From: Sphyrna mokarran
Taxonomy: Eukaryota
DNA: 64,000 nucleotides
Assembly: GCA_024679065.1 (NCBI GenBank)
Contig: JAGIQG010000007.1
Span: 82,522,001 to 82,586,000, forward strand
Direction: 5' to 3'
A program made the translations under genes and the position numbers. Of this stretch, positions 35,100 to 48,485 are shown in pieces (position 1 is the first letter of the stretch; every line of letters begins with the position of its first letter). The notes below the pieces were generated by a model. That model was not told the origin of the DNA. It did not search any database and was given only the letters and a program-made list of their open reading frames with translations.

Positions 35100-38000
35100 C
35101 AGTTAATGGTAGTGTTGAAGAGTGTTACAGAACAGAGATTTAGGGTACATGCTGATAGTTCCTTGAAAGTGGACTCACAGGTGGACAGAGTGGTGAAGAA
35201 GGTATTCAGCGTGCTTGGTTTCATTGGTCAGAATATTGAGTACAGGAGTTGGGATGTCTTGTTGAAGTTGTACAAGACATTGGTAAGGCCTTACTTGGAA
35301 TATTGTGTACAGTTCTGGTCAGTTTATTATAGAACAGATATTATTAAACTAGAAAGAGTGCAGAAAAGATTTACTAGAATGCTACCCAAACTTGATGGTT
35401 TAATTTATAAGGAGAGGCTGGATAGACAGGAACCTTTGCTCTGGAGTATAGAAGGCTGAGGGGTAATCTTATAGAGGTCTATAAAATAATGAGGGGCACA
35501 GATCAGCTAGATGGTCAATATTTTTTTCCAAAGATAGGGAAGTCTAAAACTAGAGGGCATAGGTTTAAGGTGAGAGGGGAGATATATAAAAGTGTCCAGA
35601 GGGGCAATTTTTTCACGCTGGAGATGGTGAGTGTCTGAAACCAGCTCCCAGAGGTAGTTGTAGAAGCAGGTACAATTTTGTCTTTTAAAAAATGTTTTGA
35701 CAGTTACTTGTGTAAGATGGGTATAGAGGGATATAGGCCAAATACGGCCAATTGGGATTAGTTTAGGGGTTTTTAAAAAAAGAGCAGCATGGACAAGTTG
35801 GGCCGAAGGGTCTGTTTCCATGCTGTTAACCTCTTTGACTCTGAGATGATGGCCTAGTAGTATTATCACTAGACTGTTAATCCAAAAAATTGGTTAGTGT
35901 TTCCACTAGTAGGAAAAACTAGAACCTTAGGCTAAAGGGATGAGATTTGAGATCAGAGATTAGGAGGAATTTCTTTAGTCAGAAGATGATGAATCCATGG
36001 AACTCTTTGCTGCAGAAGACTGTGGAGGCCAAGTCATTGAGTGTCTTTAAGACAGCGATAAATGGGTTCTTGATTGATAAGAGGAACAGGGGTTGTGGGG
36101 AAAAGGCAGGGGAATGGGGAGGAGAAAAATATCAGCTGTGATTGAATGATGGAGCAGACTCGATAGGCTGAGTGGCCTAATTTGGCTCTTATGCCTTATG
36201 ATCTTACGGACAAAGAACAAAGACAATAACAGCACAGACCCTCAAAGTCTGCACTGACCATACTGCTTGACTGAACTAAAACACCCTACTCTTCCAGGGA
36301 CCATATGCCTCCATTCCTATCCTATTCATGTATTTGTCCAGATGCCCTTTCAAAGTCAGTAGTGTACTTGTTTCCACTACCTCCCCTGGCAGCGAGTTCC
36401 ACGTACCCACCACCCTCTGTGTAAAAAATCTACCTTGTACATCTCCTTTAAACCTTGTCCCTTGCACTTTAAACCTATGCTCCCCTCTTCCATCCTGGGA
36501 AAAAATTTCTGACTATCCATTCTGTCCATGCCCTTCATAAGCTTGTAAACTTCTATCAGGTTTCCCCTTAATATCCATCGTTCCAGTGAGAACAAACCAA
36601 CTTTCTCCAACCTTTCCCTATAGCTAATGTCTTCCACACCAGCCAACATCCTGATAAATCTTTTCTTTGCCTTCTCCAAAGTCTCCACATTGTTCTGGTA
36701 GTGTGGTGACCAGAATTGAACACTAAATTCCACGTACGGCCTAACTAAGATTCTATAAAGCTGTAACATGACTTGCCAATTTTTAAACTTAGTGCCTCGG
36801 CTGATGAAGGCAAGCATGGCATATGCCTTCTTGACTACCTTCTTCACCTGCATTGCCACTTTCAGTGACCTGTGTCTCTACACACAGATCCTTCTGCCTA
36901 TCAATAATCTTAAGGGTTCTCCCGTTTACTGTGTATTTCCTATCTGTATTAGACATTCTAAAATGCATGACCTCACATTTGTCCAGATTAAACTCCATCT
37001 GCCATCTCTCTGATCAAGTCTCCAACCAATTTATGTCTGCTGTATTGTTTAATAGTCCTATCTGCAATTCATTCAACCTTTGAGTCTTCTGCAAACTTAT
37101 AAATCAAACCAGTTACATTTTTCTCCAAGTCATTTACAAATATTACAAACAGTAAAGGTCCAGCACTAAAACCTGAGGAATGCCACGTGTCACAGCCTTC
37201 CATTCAGAAACATACCCTTTCACTGCTATCTTCTGTCTTCTATGACCGAGCCAGATCTGTATCCACCTTGCCAGTTCACCTCTGATCCCGTGCAGTTTCA
37301 CCTTCTGCACCAGTCTGCCATGAGGGATCTTGTCAAAGACCTTACTGAAGTCCATATAAACAACATCCACTGCCTCATCAATCATCTTAATCACTTCCTC
37401 GAAAAATTTGATCAAGTTAGTGAGACATAATCCCCCCTTCACAAAACCATGTTGCCTGTCACTAAAATGTCCACTTATTTCCAAGAGGGAATACATTCTG
37501 TCTTGAAGAATCCTCTCCAATAATTTCCCTACCACTGACGTAAGGCTCATCTGCCTGTAATTACACTTCTTAAACAAAGGAAAAACATTGGCTATTCTCC
37601 AATTCTCTGGAACTTACCCTGCAGCCACTGAAGACAAAAAGATTTCTCTCAAGGTCTCAGCAATTTCTTCCCTTGCCTCTCTCAGTATTCTGGAGTATAT
37701 CCCATCAGGCCCTGGAGACTTGTCTATCTTAATGCTTCTCAAAACCCACAACACCTCCTCCTTTTTGATCTCAATATGACTCAAACTATCTACACACCCT
37801 TTCCCAGATTCATTATCCATCAGGTCCTTCTCTTTGGTAAATACCTTCCCTTTGGTAAATACTGATGCAAAGAACTCATTTAATGCCTGGCCCATTTCTT
37901 CTGGCTCCACGCATAGTTTCCCTCCCTTATCCTTGAGTGGGCAAACCTCTCCCTGGCTACCTTCTTGTTCTTTATATAGATATAAAAAGCCTTGGGATTT

Positions 38001-39010
38001 TATTTAATCCTCCTGGCCAATGATTTTTTGTGACCCATTTTAGACCTCCTTACTCCTTGCTCAAGTTTCTATTTTCCTTGTAATTCACACTTGCTACCTC
38101 CTAGCCTTGACAAATGCTTCCTCTTTCTCCTTGACTAGAGTCACAATATCTCTCATTATCCAAGATTCTCAAAACTTGCAATATGTATCCTTTATCCTCC
38201 CAGGAATATGCTTATTAACTTACCTATGAAAGCCTCCCACACGCCAGATGTTGATTTGCCCTCAAACATCTGCCCCCAGTCTACATTCTTCAGTTGGAAT
38301 TAGCCTTCCCCCACTTTAGCACCTTAACTTGAGGAATACATTTGTCTTTACACATCAGTACCTTAAAGCTTACTGAATTGTAGTCATTGTTCCTGAACTG
38401 CTCTCCTACTGAAACGTTTACCACTTGGCTGACTCATTCTCCAATACAATACAATATGAGCCCTTCCCTAGTTGGACTATCTATATACTGTTTCAAGGAG
38501 CCTTCCTGGAAGCTCCTTACAAATTTTGCCCCATCTGTGCCCCAGCACCAAGTGAGTCCCAATCAATATAGGGGAAGTTAAAATCTCCCACTCAACAACC
38601 CTGTTACTTTTACACTTTGCCAAAATCTGCCCACATATCTGTTCCTCTATCTCCTACTGGCTGTTGGGCGGCCTATAGTAAAACTCCAATATTGTGACTA
38701 CACCCATCTTATTTCTGAGCTCCATCCATATTGCCTCACTGGATGAACCTTCTGAGGTGTCCTCCCGCAGTACAGCTCTGATATTCTTCTTAACCAGTGA
38801 TATCACTCCCTCATTCCTTTTATATCCCTCCCTATCCCACCTGAAACATCTTGTATCCTGGAATGTTAAGCTGCCAAATCTGTCTTTCTTTTAACAAGTC
38901 TTTGTAATAAGAACAACATCATAGTTCACAGTATTAATCCAAGCTCTAAGTTCATCTGCCTTATCTGTTATTCTTTTCGCTTTGAAACAAATGTACTTCA
39001 ATCCACCAGA
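35100..39010. mobile_element. Cluster of CR1 LINE fragments (+ about 35100-36200; - about 36210-39010) in the V-J interval
   Basis: RT motifs in broken ORFs on both strands (LEYCVQFW, DFSKVFDK, KSPGPDGIY). Confidence 0.88.
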
Positions 39011-42000
39011 CTCTCTTTGATTAGCAATCACACGCTGCCAGTTCTTTATCTGAGCCTTACTGGCCCTACTCTCTGTTCCCTTCAGTTATTTAATCTTTTC
39101 TTTTGTTCCCACCTCCCTGCCAAAGTAGCTGGGACCTAGATTCAAATCCTGCCATAGCAGATGATAGAATTAATTCAGTAAAAAAATATTTGGAATTAAG
39201 AATCTATTGATGATCATGAAATCATTGTCAATTGTCAAAAAGACCCACCCTGGTTCACTGATGTCTTTTAAGAAAGGAAATCTGTATCCTTATCTGTCTG
39301 GCAAAATTGTGACTCCAAAGCCACAAAAGTGGTTGACTCTCAGTTGTCCTCTGAACGAGGGCAACTATGGATGGGCAATAAATCCTGGCCAATCAGCAAC
39401 ACCCATGTCCCACAATTGAATTTTAAAAAAACTTCATGTCTTGCAATATTGTCATGCGTGTATTTACATAGCTGTTACTATGTTCTCACTATTTCTATAT
39501 TGTTGTTATTTCTATGTTCACACTATTTCTACATTATCACTACTCCATCAGGTCATTGAATTTGGAGTTCAAGATGGTCTGTTGCCCTTTCACAGTTCAT
39601 TCAGTTCTGTTGGAGGAGTGCTAGACTCTTTTGTTGCTGTTCATCCCATTGGTCTGGAGGGTGAGCTGGTATAAGCCTTCATTCTGTTTTTCCATTCCTT
39701 CATGATGAACCATGTTAGGTTCTGCCTTTGCAATGATTGGTGATTGCTGTTATTCTAGCTCAACCTTGCACAACATTGTCTCATCGCTTCCTTTTGCTTT
39801 ATTTCTCATTATATGGATTGCCTTGATATCCACTGTTGTTGAGGAAAAGTGTTCCTGTGATGAGAAAGTAGTGCGATGTTATGCTCACTCCTGCATTTCA
39901 TTGTCAGCCATGGACAGCAGGTTCCAGCATCTGTTGTAGCTTTGGCATGCTAACTGGCAGATATAGCATATTCACAGTGTCCAATCCTGTTCCATAGGAA
40001 GTACTGGGCTGCATTTGCATAGTTATGTCAGCTGTGAGGGTGCTTCACTCCATATCGCTATTATGCTCACTCTTCAAATCTGTTCCAATATTGCTTTCCC
40101 TGACCTAGGCTGTCTCCTGTGTCTTTCTGCTTAACCAGCTGGACTGAAGGTTTGCCTCTGTACCATGTTCAATTCTTCCCTGCTCATGTCTAACTATTTG
40201 AATGGGCTTTTCCAGATTTGGATTTTCCTTTCCTTGCAGAAGTGCACCATCTGTTAGCCCATCCCAATTTTGTCTCTGATGAGTTAAAGTTTAAATCTCC
40301 ATATTCACAACCTTCTGCATTCCAGTAGGAATTATAGATGAATGAATCATTGGTTCTCCTGGCAATTGGACTCTCGTATTGGAATTAGTTATTTGGAGTA
40401 ATTTATTACTTCTGAGATTAAAATAAATGTTGAATGATGTTAGTACCTTTTAAAAATTTATGAATGATTCATTAATTCCTTGTCTTACAATGACATCATC
40501 TACAATGTATCCTGCTGAGTAATGTACTCATCTGTTCTTTTTCAGACTTTTTATTTAAACTTGAAACAATGCTGTATTTTAAGAATCTTTTCCTCCAAAG
40601 TTGCCAATTTTTTATAGGTCTGGGCCTTGATTAATCCAAATTGATTTGAAAGTGTTGAATTCTGATCATATTAAAACATTTCAAAAGTTTATGTTCGACT
40701 TTAAGAGTTTTCTGAATTTCAAGAGGGAGGTGAAATTCACTCAGAGAGAGTTTGGCCAGTTTTGGTGGGTTCTGCACAATGGTGATTAAATTATACAATG
40801 GAAGCCTGGATCAGCTTTTGTTCAGTAGTTTATTCTTCAGTCTGTCAAATTGGAGTTTCTACTTGATTTTTACTGAGCTGGTCAGTCTTAAAATTCAAGA
40901 TATATTTAATTCTTCCTTTGGACAAGCTTGGATGCATCAACTCAAAGATTAGATTTGCAGTTCTTTAAAACTGCACATTTGACAGTGGATTACTTAAAGG
41001 AGTTCACATGATTTGCAACTTGGATTTTTCAAAGGTTTAGCTCATCCTTACAAATTCTGTCAACACTACGTTCTGAAGCTGGCTTCCCAAAGAGTTTCAA
41101 TGGAAGCCCCTGCTACAAGAAAGAATTTTAAATCATTGCCTTTCACATTCAAATATTTCTTTAGAGCTTTGCCTGGTGATATTCCGTCTGTTTCTCTGCT
41201 TTTTCGTACTTTTTCATATACTGCACCTAGTGTGGATAGGTGCTTTTATTAAACATGGAGTGAATCAAATAGGTGAAAATTGACACCTTTGATGTTGGGG
41301 GTCAGATGATTCATTCACACAGCAATTCTGGGAGAAGATGGTTGTAAATGCTTTGCTAGGTTCCGCTACTATTGAGGATGGGAAGGCTCACGGAGCAGAC
41401 TCCTGTTAGTTGTAAAGGCTTCAATCTTGTCTTTTGTACTCACATGCTGCGCTCTTTCTATGATTGCTTAGTTATCTTTACTGATCATGACTGAATATGG
41501 CAGAACTGCAGAGGTTTGATGTGTTCTAGTGATGTGGAATCTTTCAGTGTTATCCAGAGCATGCTTCTTCCACTGTTTACTATACATGCTGTCTTGTGTT
41601 GTAGCTTCGCTAATTTGGGACTGCATTTTTAGGTTGCTTCTAGTCTGCTCTTGTAAACCCTCTTGCACTAGTTTTTGATCCCTTAGCTTGATGGAGAAAT
41701 CTGTTTATGGAAATGCTAGATTGAAAAATATGCCAGGACATCAGATTGCAGATTGTGTGGAGTAGAATTCTGCTGTTACTGTTGGCTTATGCATGGATGC
41801 ACAGTTTTTGAATGCTCGATTTATTCTGAATCTAACTTAGCACAGTGGCACTCACATAACACAGTGAAGGTGTCTTCCATTTGAAGATGTAATCTTTTGC
41901 AGTGATAACTCTTACCAGTGCTGCTATGGATCAGTACCAATTTCTGAGGAAAAGGTCAAGTAATTTATTTCCTTGAGTTTGTTCTTTCACCAGCTGCCTC

Positions 42001-42714
42001 AGGCCCAGTTTGGCAATTCTCAGTTCAGCTCAGTCAATAGCAGTGCCAACAAGTGATAGAATCATAGAGTTGTTAAGACACAGAAAAGGAAAATCTTTGA
42101 GTCCATTGTTTCTCCATTGATCAATCCAGCTAGTCCCAGTTCCCTGCTCTATCCTTGAGCCATACAGCCCCATAAATTCTCTACAGCGTAAGAGGATGCC
42201 ATTCTGCACTGACTCTCCAAAAGAGCATCTTACCCACCCCCCAGTACCACCCCACCCTCCCTTGTTCTAACCCCATAATCCAGCACATTTACCATAGCTA
42301 ATCCATCTAATCTATACATCTTGGGACACTAAGGGGGCAATTTAGCATGGACAATCCAACCTACACATCTTTGGAATGTGGGGAGAAACTGGAGCACCCA
42401 GAGAAAACCCATGCAGAGACAGGGAGAACACACAAAGTCCACACAGTCACCCAAAGCTGGAATTGAATCCAGCTGTTGGGTTTATTTTTCTCCAGTACCC
42501 ATTAAATTTGATTTTAAATCATTGTTACCTTCACATTCAGCACCTTCTAATCCGATTTCTCCAGGCCCAAGCTTGGGGTGTGAGCCATGGCCAGCAATGG
42601 AACTAGCAACTTTTCAATCGTGATAGTAGAAGAATGATAATCTCAAGGGAAACAGCTGTTTACAGATAGAAACACTTCAGGAAGAGGATTCCTTTAAGCA
42701 TTACAGCGATTGTG

Positions 42715-44140
42715 CCAGAGAACAGGAGAGTGGCAAATGTTGTTCCTCTTTTCAAGAAAGGAAATAGGAATCACCCTGGTAATGATAAGCCAATTAGTCT
42801 TACTTTGATGGTTGGTAAGTTAATGGAAAAGGTCCTGACAGATAGGATTTATGACCATTTGGAAAGATGCAGCTTAATCCGGGTCAGCCAGCATGCTTTC
42901 ATGAGGGGTAAATCCTGCCTCACAAATTTGATTGAATTCTTTGAGGAGGTAACTAAGTGTGTAGATGAAGGTAGTAGTTGATGTTATATACATGGATTTT
43001 AGTAACGCGTTTGATAAAGTTCCCCATGGTAGGCTCATGAAGAAGATAAGGAGTGTGGGATAGAAGGAAATTTGGCCAATTGGATAAGTAACTGGCTGTT
43101 TCATAGAAGACAGAGGGTGGTGTGGAAGGAAATTTTTCAGACTGGAGGCCAGTTACCAGCAGTGTACCACAGGGGTCAGTGCTGGATCCTCTACTATTTA
43201 TGATTTTTATCAATGACTTGGAAGAGGAGGTGAAGGGTAGGTTAGTAAATTTGCTGATGACACCAAAATTGGTGGAGTAGTGGATGAGGTAGAGGGCTCT
43301 TGCAGGCTGCAAAGAGACATTGATAGGATGCAGAGCTGAGCCAAAAGTGACAGATGGGGTTTAACCCTGTTAAGTGCAAGATTATTCATTTTGGTAGGAC
43401 AAACTTGAATGCAGATTACAGGGTCAATGGCAGGGTTCTGAGGAATGTGGAGGAACAGAGACATCTTGCGATTCATATCCACAGATCTCTGAAGGTTGCC
43501 ACTCAAGTGGATAGAGCCATGAAGAAGGCTTATATTGTGTTAGCATTTATTAACAGGCGGTTTGAGTTTAAGAGTTGTGGGCTAATGCTGCAATTGTACC
43601 GGACCTTGGTGAGACCACATTTGGAATATTGTGTTCAGTTCTGGTCACCTCACTATAAGAAGGATATGGAAGATTGGAGAGAGTGCAGAGGAGATTTACC
43701 AGGATGCTGCCTGGTTTGGAGGTACGTCTTATGAGGAAAGTTTGAGGGTCTTTTCTCTTTAGAGCGAAGGAGGATGAGAGGTGACTTAACAGAGGTCTAT
43801 AAGATGATGAGGGGTATAGATACAGTGGATGTGCAGAGGCTATTTCTTTGGGTGGGTGTACTGTTACTAGGGAGCATAACTATAAGGTTCATGGTGGGAG
43901 ATATGGGAGGGATGTCCAAGGTAGATTCTTTATTCAGAGAGTGGTTGGGGTGTGGAATACATTGCCTGCTGTGATACTGGAGTTGGACACTTTAAAAACT
44001 TTCAAGCGTTTATTGGATAGGCACATAGAACACACCAGAATTATAGGGAGTGGGATAATTTGATCTTGGGTTTGGACATAGCTCGGCATAACATTGAGGG
44101 CTGAAGGGCCTGTACAGTGCTGTACTGTTCTATGTTTCTA
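42715..44140 (+). mobile_element. CR1 LINE ORF2 3' half
   Basis: ANVVPLFKKG, SCLTNLIEFFEEVT, RPHLEYCVQFWSP. Confidence 0.9.
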
Positions 44141-44699
44141 TACCTGAGAAAGCTGAAAGAAAACCACTCATATATTCTTTCCTCTCATCATATTGAGAAT
44201 TAAAATTGAAAATGAGGATCTCCAAGTGCTACTGAGCCAGAAAATTCTAGAACAAAGATGTGGAGAAATGAACAGAGAATCTGCTCTTACAGGGATCACT
44301 ACTTAACTGAGTCAATAATAGAAGATAAATATAAAGAGAGGAATGTGAATCTGAAAGTATGAAGCCAGTGACATGCTGTCAGTGATTGCAGAAATTGTTA
44401 CAAAGGTCACAGATGACAGTGCAGCACTCAAGGGGCACTGCTTATTGGAGATATCATCTTTCAAATACGGGAAATGGGAAATAATTTCACAGGGAAATTG
44501 AATCAAAATGAATTTGTAGCAGTGGAATGGGATTGATTAGACTTTGCTCCAAAGGGTTGGCATGGACTTGGTGGACTGAAATAGAAACAGAGAGGACTAA
44601 AACTCTAAGAGTAATCTTCAGAGCTGCCATGATGTTATAGCTGAAGTCGATGAATTAACAATCTCCAGAGAGTTCTTTCTGCAGCTTTACAAAGCGAGA

Positions 44700-44738
44700 G
44701 GTTTTTGTACTGAGGTTCAATACAACAACAGCGCAGTG
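44700..44738 (-). other. 23-bp-spacer RSS of V gene C
   Basis: CACTGCG (44738-44732), 23-nt spacer, ACAAAAACC (44708-44700). Confidence 0.92.
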
Positions 44739-45046
44739 GGATATAACGGCGCAGTAATAAGTGGCCGTGTCTTCCAGTGTAATGCGATCGATCACAAGTA
44801 CAAGAGAACTGTCAATAATTTCCACATTGAATCGGGAGGTAAAGTCGGGGTGCAGCCAACTGTTTTTCTGGGACCTGTGATAGACAATGCTGCGGATATG
44901 TGTCCCTCTCTGTTGGTACCAGTACATGGGCTGTGACATTATGTTGTCTAAATGTTCAATCTGGCAGACGAATCGCGCCGTGTTCCCAGGACCTCTGGTA
45001 ATGGATAAAAGCTCTTGTTTCAAAGACACGAGGGCGACACACATGG
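44739..45046 (-). CDS. TRGV: TCR gamma V gene C, V exon, divergent (MCVALVSLKQELLSITRGPG...FVCQ...MYWYQQ...LEDTATYYCAVIS)
   Basis: Acceptor ctctctccAG, open Ig-V frame with Cys, WYQQ and EDTATYYC, followed by a 23-RSS. Called TRG mainly by its position in the locus. Confidence 0.85.
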
Positions 45047-45243
45047 CTGGAGAGAGACAGAAACAGAGAGGCACTGGAATCAGAGAGACCATTGCTGTTA
45101 TTCAAGTCTTTACAACAAAACATGCTGTGGATATCAGCACAAAGAGGATAGATCAAATGGCCTTCTTCTGTAACACCCGATTCTATCATGCCATGCCAGA
45201 GTGTTTCATTTTTAAACTGTTTAATTGTCTCTGGTTAACTTAC

Positions 45244-45283
45244 AAGACAGCAGAATAAGCGCTAGGACGAATGAAAGGAACAT
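45244..45283 (-). CDS. TRGV: TCR gamma V gene C, leader exon (MFLSFVLALILLS)
   Basis: ATG at 45283, 13 hydrophobic codons plus 1 nt, GTAAGT donor, 197-bp intron. Confidence 0.87.
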
Positions 45284-46119
45284 CTTCTCCAACATTGTTT
45301 TCTGTACAAAAGGCCGGAGCCAGCAGGAGTGGTGGAGGAAGTGAGTCGGAGAGGCCCTGTCTTAGTGTGAACTGACCGGTCACCTCTTGCTGAACCTCTC
45401 CTGATGATTCCGGTATATATTCTACACGGGAGGGAGGAGTCATCATAGCCACATGATGGGCAAATGGAGACATTGAGTTTAGCAATTTCACACTGTGAGC
45501 TCTCCATTTGATTCTGGGTTTTTTTTAAATCATGTGATTTCTGTACTTTGTTTTCCATGTGTTTGACTTCCAAGGAGATTTCTGTTATTCTGCCATTAAA
45601 AGTCATTGGCTAATGCTGCCTTCCCTTACAACAACCACCCATTGTCTCTGACATCTTTGCCATTTAATCTCCCCAGGTTCTGGCCTATTCCGGTCTTGTT
45701 TCTGTGTTCTGCCTCCCCCTCCCTGCTTTTGACGATATAAAACGTCACATTTCTATCTCTCTTCAGTTCCAAAGAAGTCAAATCTGACTGCAAACTCTAA
45801 CTCCCTTTCTCTCTCCACAGAAGCTACCGGCACTGCAGATATTTTCCTGCAATTTCTGTTTCATTACAGGTGGAACGAGGAATTTTAGCCGGCATGTTTC
45901 CACTCCCCTTTAGTGGAGGGCAGCAGGAGAGTCCTGATCAGCCAGTTCAGGTGATCTGTGGAGCTGCTGAATACAGATGCAGGTGAGAATGGAACTGAAA
46001 ATAAGGGAAAGATAGAATTGTTAAAGGAGTGTTTTGCATGCGTTTTCACACTGGGAAAAGAAAATCGATAAGTAAATGATATACAGCAAATGGCAGACGC
46101 CTTAAGACCAGGTGCGATT

Positions 46120-47720
46120 TTTTTTCTCTGGAGCTTAGAAGGCTGAGGGATGGTCTTATAGAGATCTATAAAATAATGAGGGGCATAGATCAGCTAGATA
46201 GTCAGTATCTTTTCCCAGAGATAGGGGAGTCTGAAATTAGAGGGCAGAGGTTTAAGGTGAGAGGGGAGAGATACAGAAGTGTTCAGAGGAGCAATTTTTT
46301 TCACTCAGAGAGTGGTGAATGTCTGGAACAATTTGCCAGAGGCAGTAGTAGAGGCAGGTACAATTTTGTCTTTTCAAAAGCATTTAGACAGTTACATGGG
46401 TAAGATGTGTATAGTGAGATATGGCCAAATGCGGGCAATTGGGATTAGCTTAAGGGTTTAAAAAAAAGTTGCGTGGATAACTTGGACCCGTTTCCATGCT
46501 GTAAACTTCTATAACTCTAAGTGACAAAGATAATTGATGAGGGTAGGGCAGTGGATGCTGTCTGCGTGGACTTCAGTAAGACCTTTGTCTAGGTCCCTCA
46601 TGGCAGACTGGTGCAGAAGGTGAAGTTGTATGGGATCAGAAGTGAACTGGCAAGATGGATTCAGAACTGGATCGGTCATGGAAGACAGAGGGTAGCAGGG
46701 AAGAGTGTATTTCTGAGTGGAGGGCTGTGACAAGTGGTGTTCCCTGGGGATCAGTGCTGGGACTTTTGCTGTTTGTAGTATTCATAAATGATTTGGAAGA
46801 AAATGTAACTAGTTTGATTAGTAAGTTTGCAGATGACACAAAGATTGGTGAATTTGCGGATAGTGATAAGGACCATCAGAGGATACAGCAGCATATAGAT
46901 CAGTTGGAGACTTGGGTGAAGAGATGGCAGATGAAGTTTAATCTGGACAAATGCTAGGTAATGCATTTTGAAAGAGCTAATACAGATAGGAAATATACAG
47001 TAAATGGCAGACGTCTTAAGAGTAAGGTACAGGGATCTGGGTATAGAGTTACACAGGTCACTGAAAGTGGCAACGCAGGGGGAGAAGATAGTCAAGAAGG
47101 CATTTAGCATGCTTGCCTTCATAGGCGGGGACATTGAGTTTAAAAATTGGTAAGTAATGTTACAGCTTTATAGAACTTTAATTAGGCTGCACTTAGAATA
47201 TAGTGTTCAGTTCTGGCCACCAAACTGTCAGAAGGATGTGGAGGCTTTGGAGAGAGTACAGAAAAGATTTACCAGGATGTTGCCTGGCATGGAGGGCATT
47301 AGCTATGAGGAGAGGTTGGAGAAACTTGACTGGAACAATGGATGTTAAGGAGTGACCTGATAAAAGTCTGCAAGATTAAGAGAGGTATGGACAGAATTGA
47401 TAGTCAGAAGCTTTTTCCCAGGGTGAAAGAGTCAATTACTAGGGCGCATAGATTTAAGGTGCAAGAGGCAAGTTTAAAGAAGATATGAGGCAAGATTTTT
47501 TACATAGTTGGTGAGTGCCTGGAACTGGTTGCCGGGGCAGGTAATGGAAGCAGATATGATAATGAGTTTTAAGGGGCGCCTAGACAAATATTGAATAGGA
47601 TGGGAATGAAAGGATATGGTCCCTGGAAGGGTAGAGAGTTTTAGTTCAATAAGGCAGCATGGTTGGTGCAGGCTTGGAGGGCTGAAGTTCCTGTTCCTGT
47701 GCTGTAATGTTCTTTGTTCT
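46120..47720 (+). mobile_element. Two CR1 LINE fragments between V genes C and B
   Basis: GSVLGLLLF, KFADDTK, LERVQKRFTRMLPG. Confidence 0.88.
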
Positions 47721-47823
47721 TTGATACGCGGCGGAGTAAACCTTTAACTGAAGGAAGATTGTGGCAATTATGAGCTAAGTGGGATGTGGTTTTGAGGTGG
47801 TGTTTGAGTTGTAACGTGTTGAG

Positions 47824-47862
47824 AGATTTTGTAAGCGGGTTGAATTATTGTTTAATGCTGTG
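47824..47862 (-). other. 23-bp-spacer RSS of V gene B
   Basis: CACAGCA (47862-47856), 23-nt spacer, ACAAAATCT (47832-47824). Confidence 0.9.
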
Positions 47863-48163
47863 TCTTTCCAATAGGCACAGTAATAAATGGCGGAATCTTC
47901 TGCCGTTATTTTCTCAATCTGCAGATAGTATTGTTTCGATCCAGTCTTCTCCGCTCTAAACCTATCGTTGAATCCACTGTCTGGATTAGTTTTTCCATCA
48001 AAATAGAGCACCCGAACGGGCGGCTTTCCCGTTGCCTGTTTGTACCAATGGATGGCAGAGGAGCTAACCGAAGCGCCCAGTTCACAGGTAATTGTGGAAA
48101 ATTGCCCCGGTTTCTTGACAATTGACAAGCGATCCTGTTTCAAATCTTGAGCGAAATATCCAT
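47863..48163 (-). CDS. TRGV: TCR gamma V gene B, V exon (GYFAQDLKQDRLSIVKKPG...ITCELG...AIHWYKQ...EDSAIYYCAYWK)
   Basis: Acceptor ttttcccacAG, open frame with Cys, IHWY and YYCAYW. A 23-RSS follows. Confidence 0.94.
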
Positions 48164-48250
48164 CTGTGGGAAAAATAAATACCGATTTACAACTAGTTTT
48201 AAAGTCTAAAGATAACACATAAAATGTAGCTGATGAATTAATCCACTTAC

Positions 48251-48290
48251 GTAGAAAAAATGTAACTAAAACCAGCCAACGCAGTACCAT
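48251..48290 (-). CDS. TRGV: TCR gamma V gene B, leader exon (MVLRWLVLVTFFL)
   Basis: ATG at 48290, 13 codons plus 1 nt, GTAAGT donor, 87-bp intron. Confidence 0.9.
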
Positions 48291-48447
48291 GTTTTCAGCC
48301 TGATTTATTAACATCGATATTAAATAGCACAGGACAAAGACTCTGACAAAACAGCCCGCCCGATACTCGCCTTCCTGGCAGTGAATGGGGTGGTTCTGTT
48401 ATATTGCTTCATCCTGGTGCACCAACCGCGTCTTTCTGGCAGATTTC

Positions 48448-48485
48448 TAACGTCATCTACTTGCTTCGCCCCTCGTCACTTCCTC
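48448..48485 (-). promoter_or_regulatory. ETS/CRE-like motifs in the V gene B promoter
   Basis: On the minus strand, GAGGAAGTGACG (ETS plus half-CRE, about 48485-48474) and TGACGTTA (48455-48448), 160-195 bp upstream of the ATG. Confidence 0.45.

Noticed and set aside
41841-41890. Two CACAGTG heptamers (others at about 12746, 30518 and 31369) as cryptic RSS or missing segments
   Set aside because: No nonamer at 12 or 23 spacing and no adjacent V or J coding sequence.
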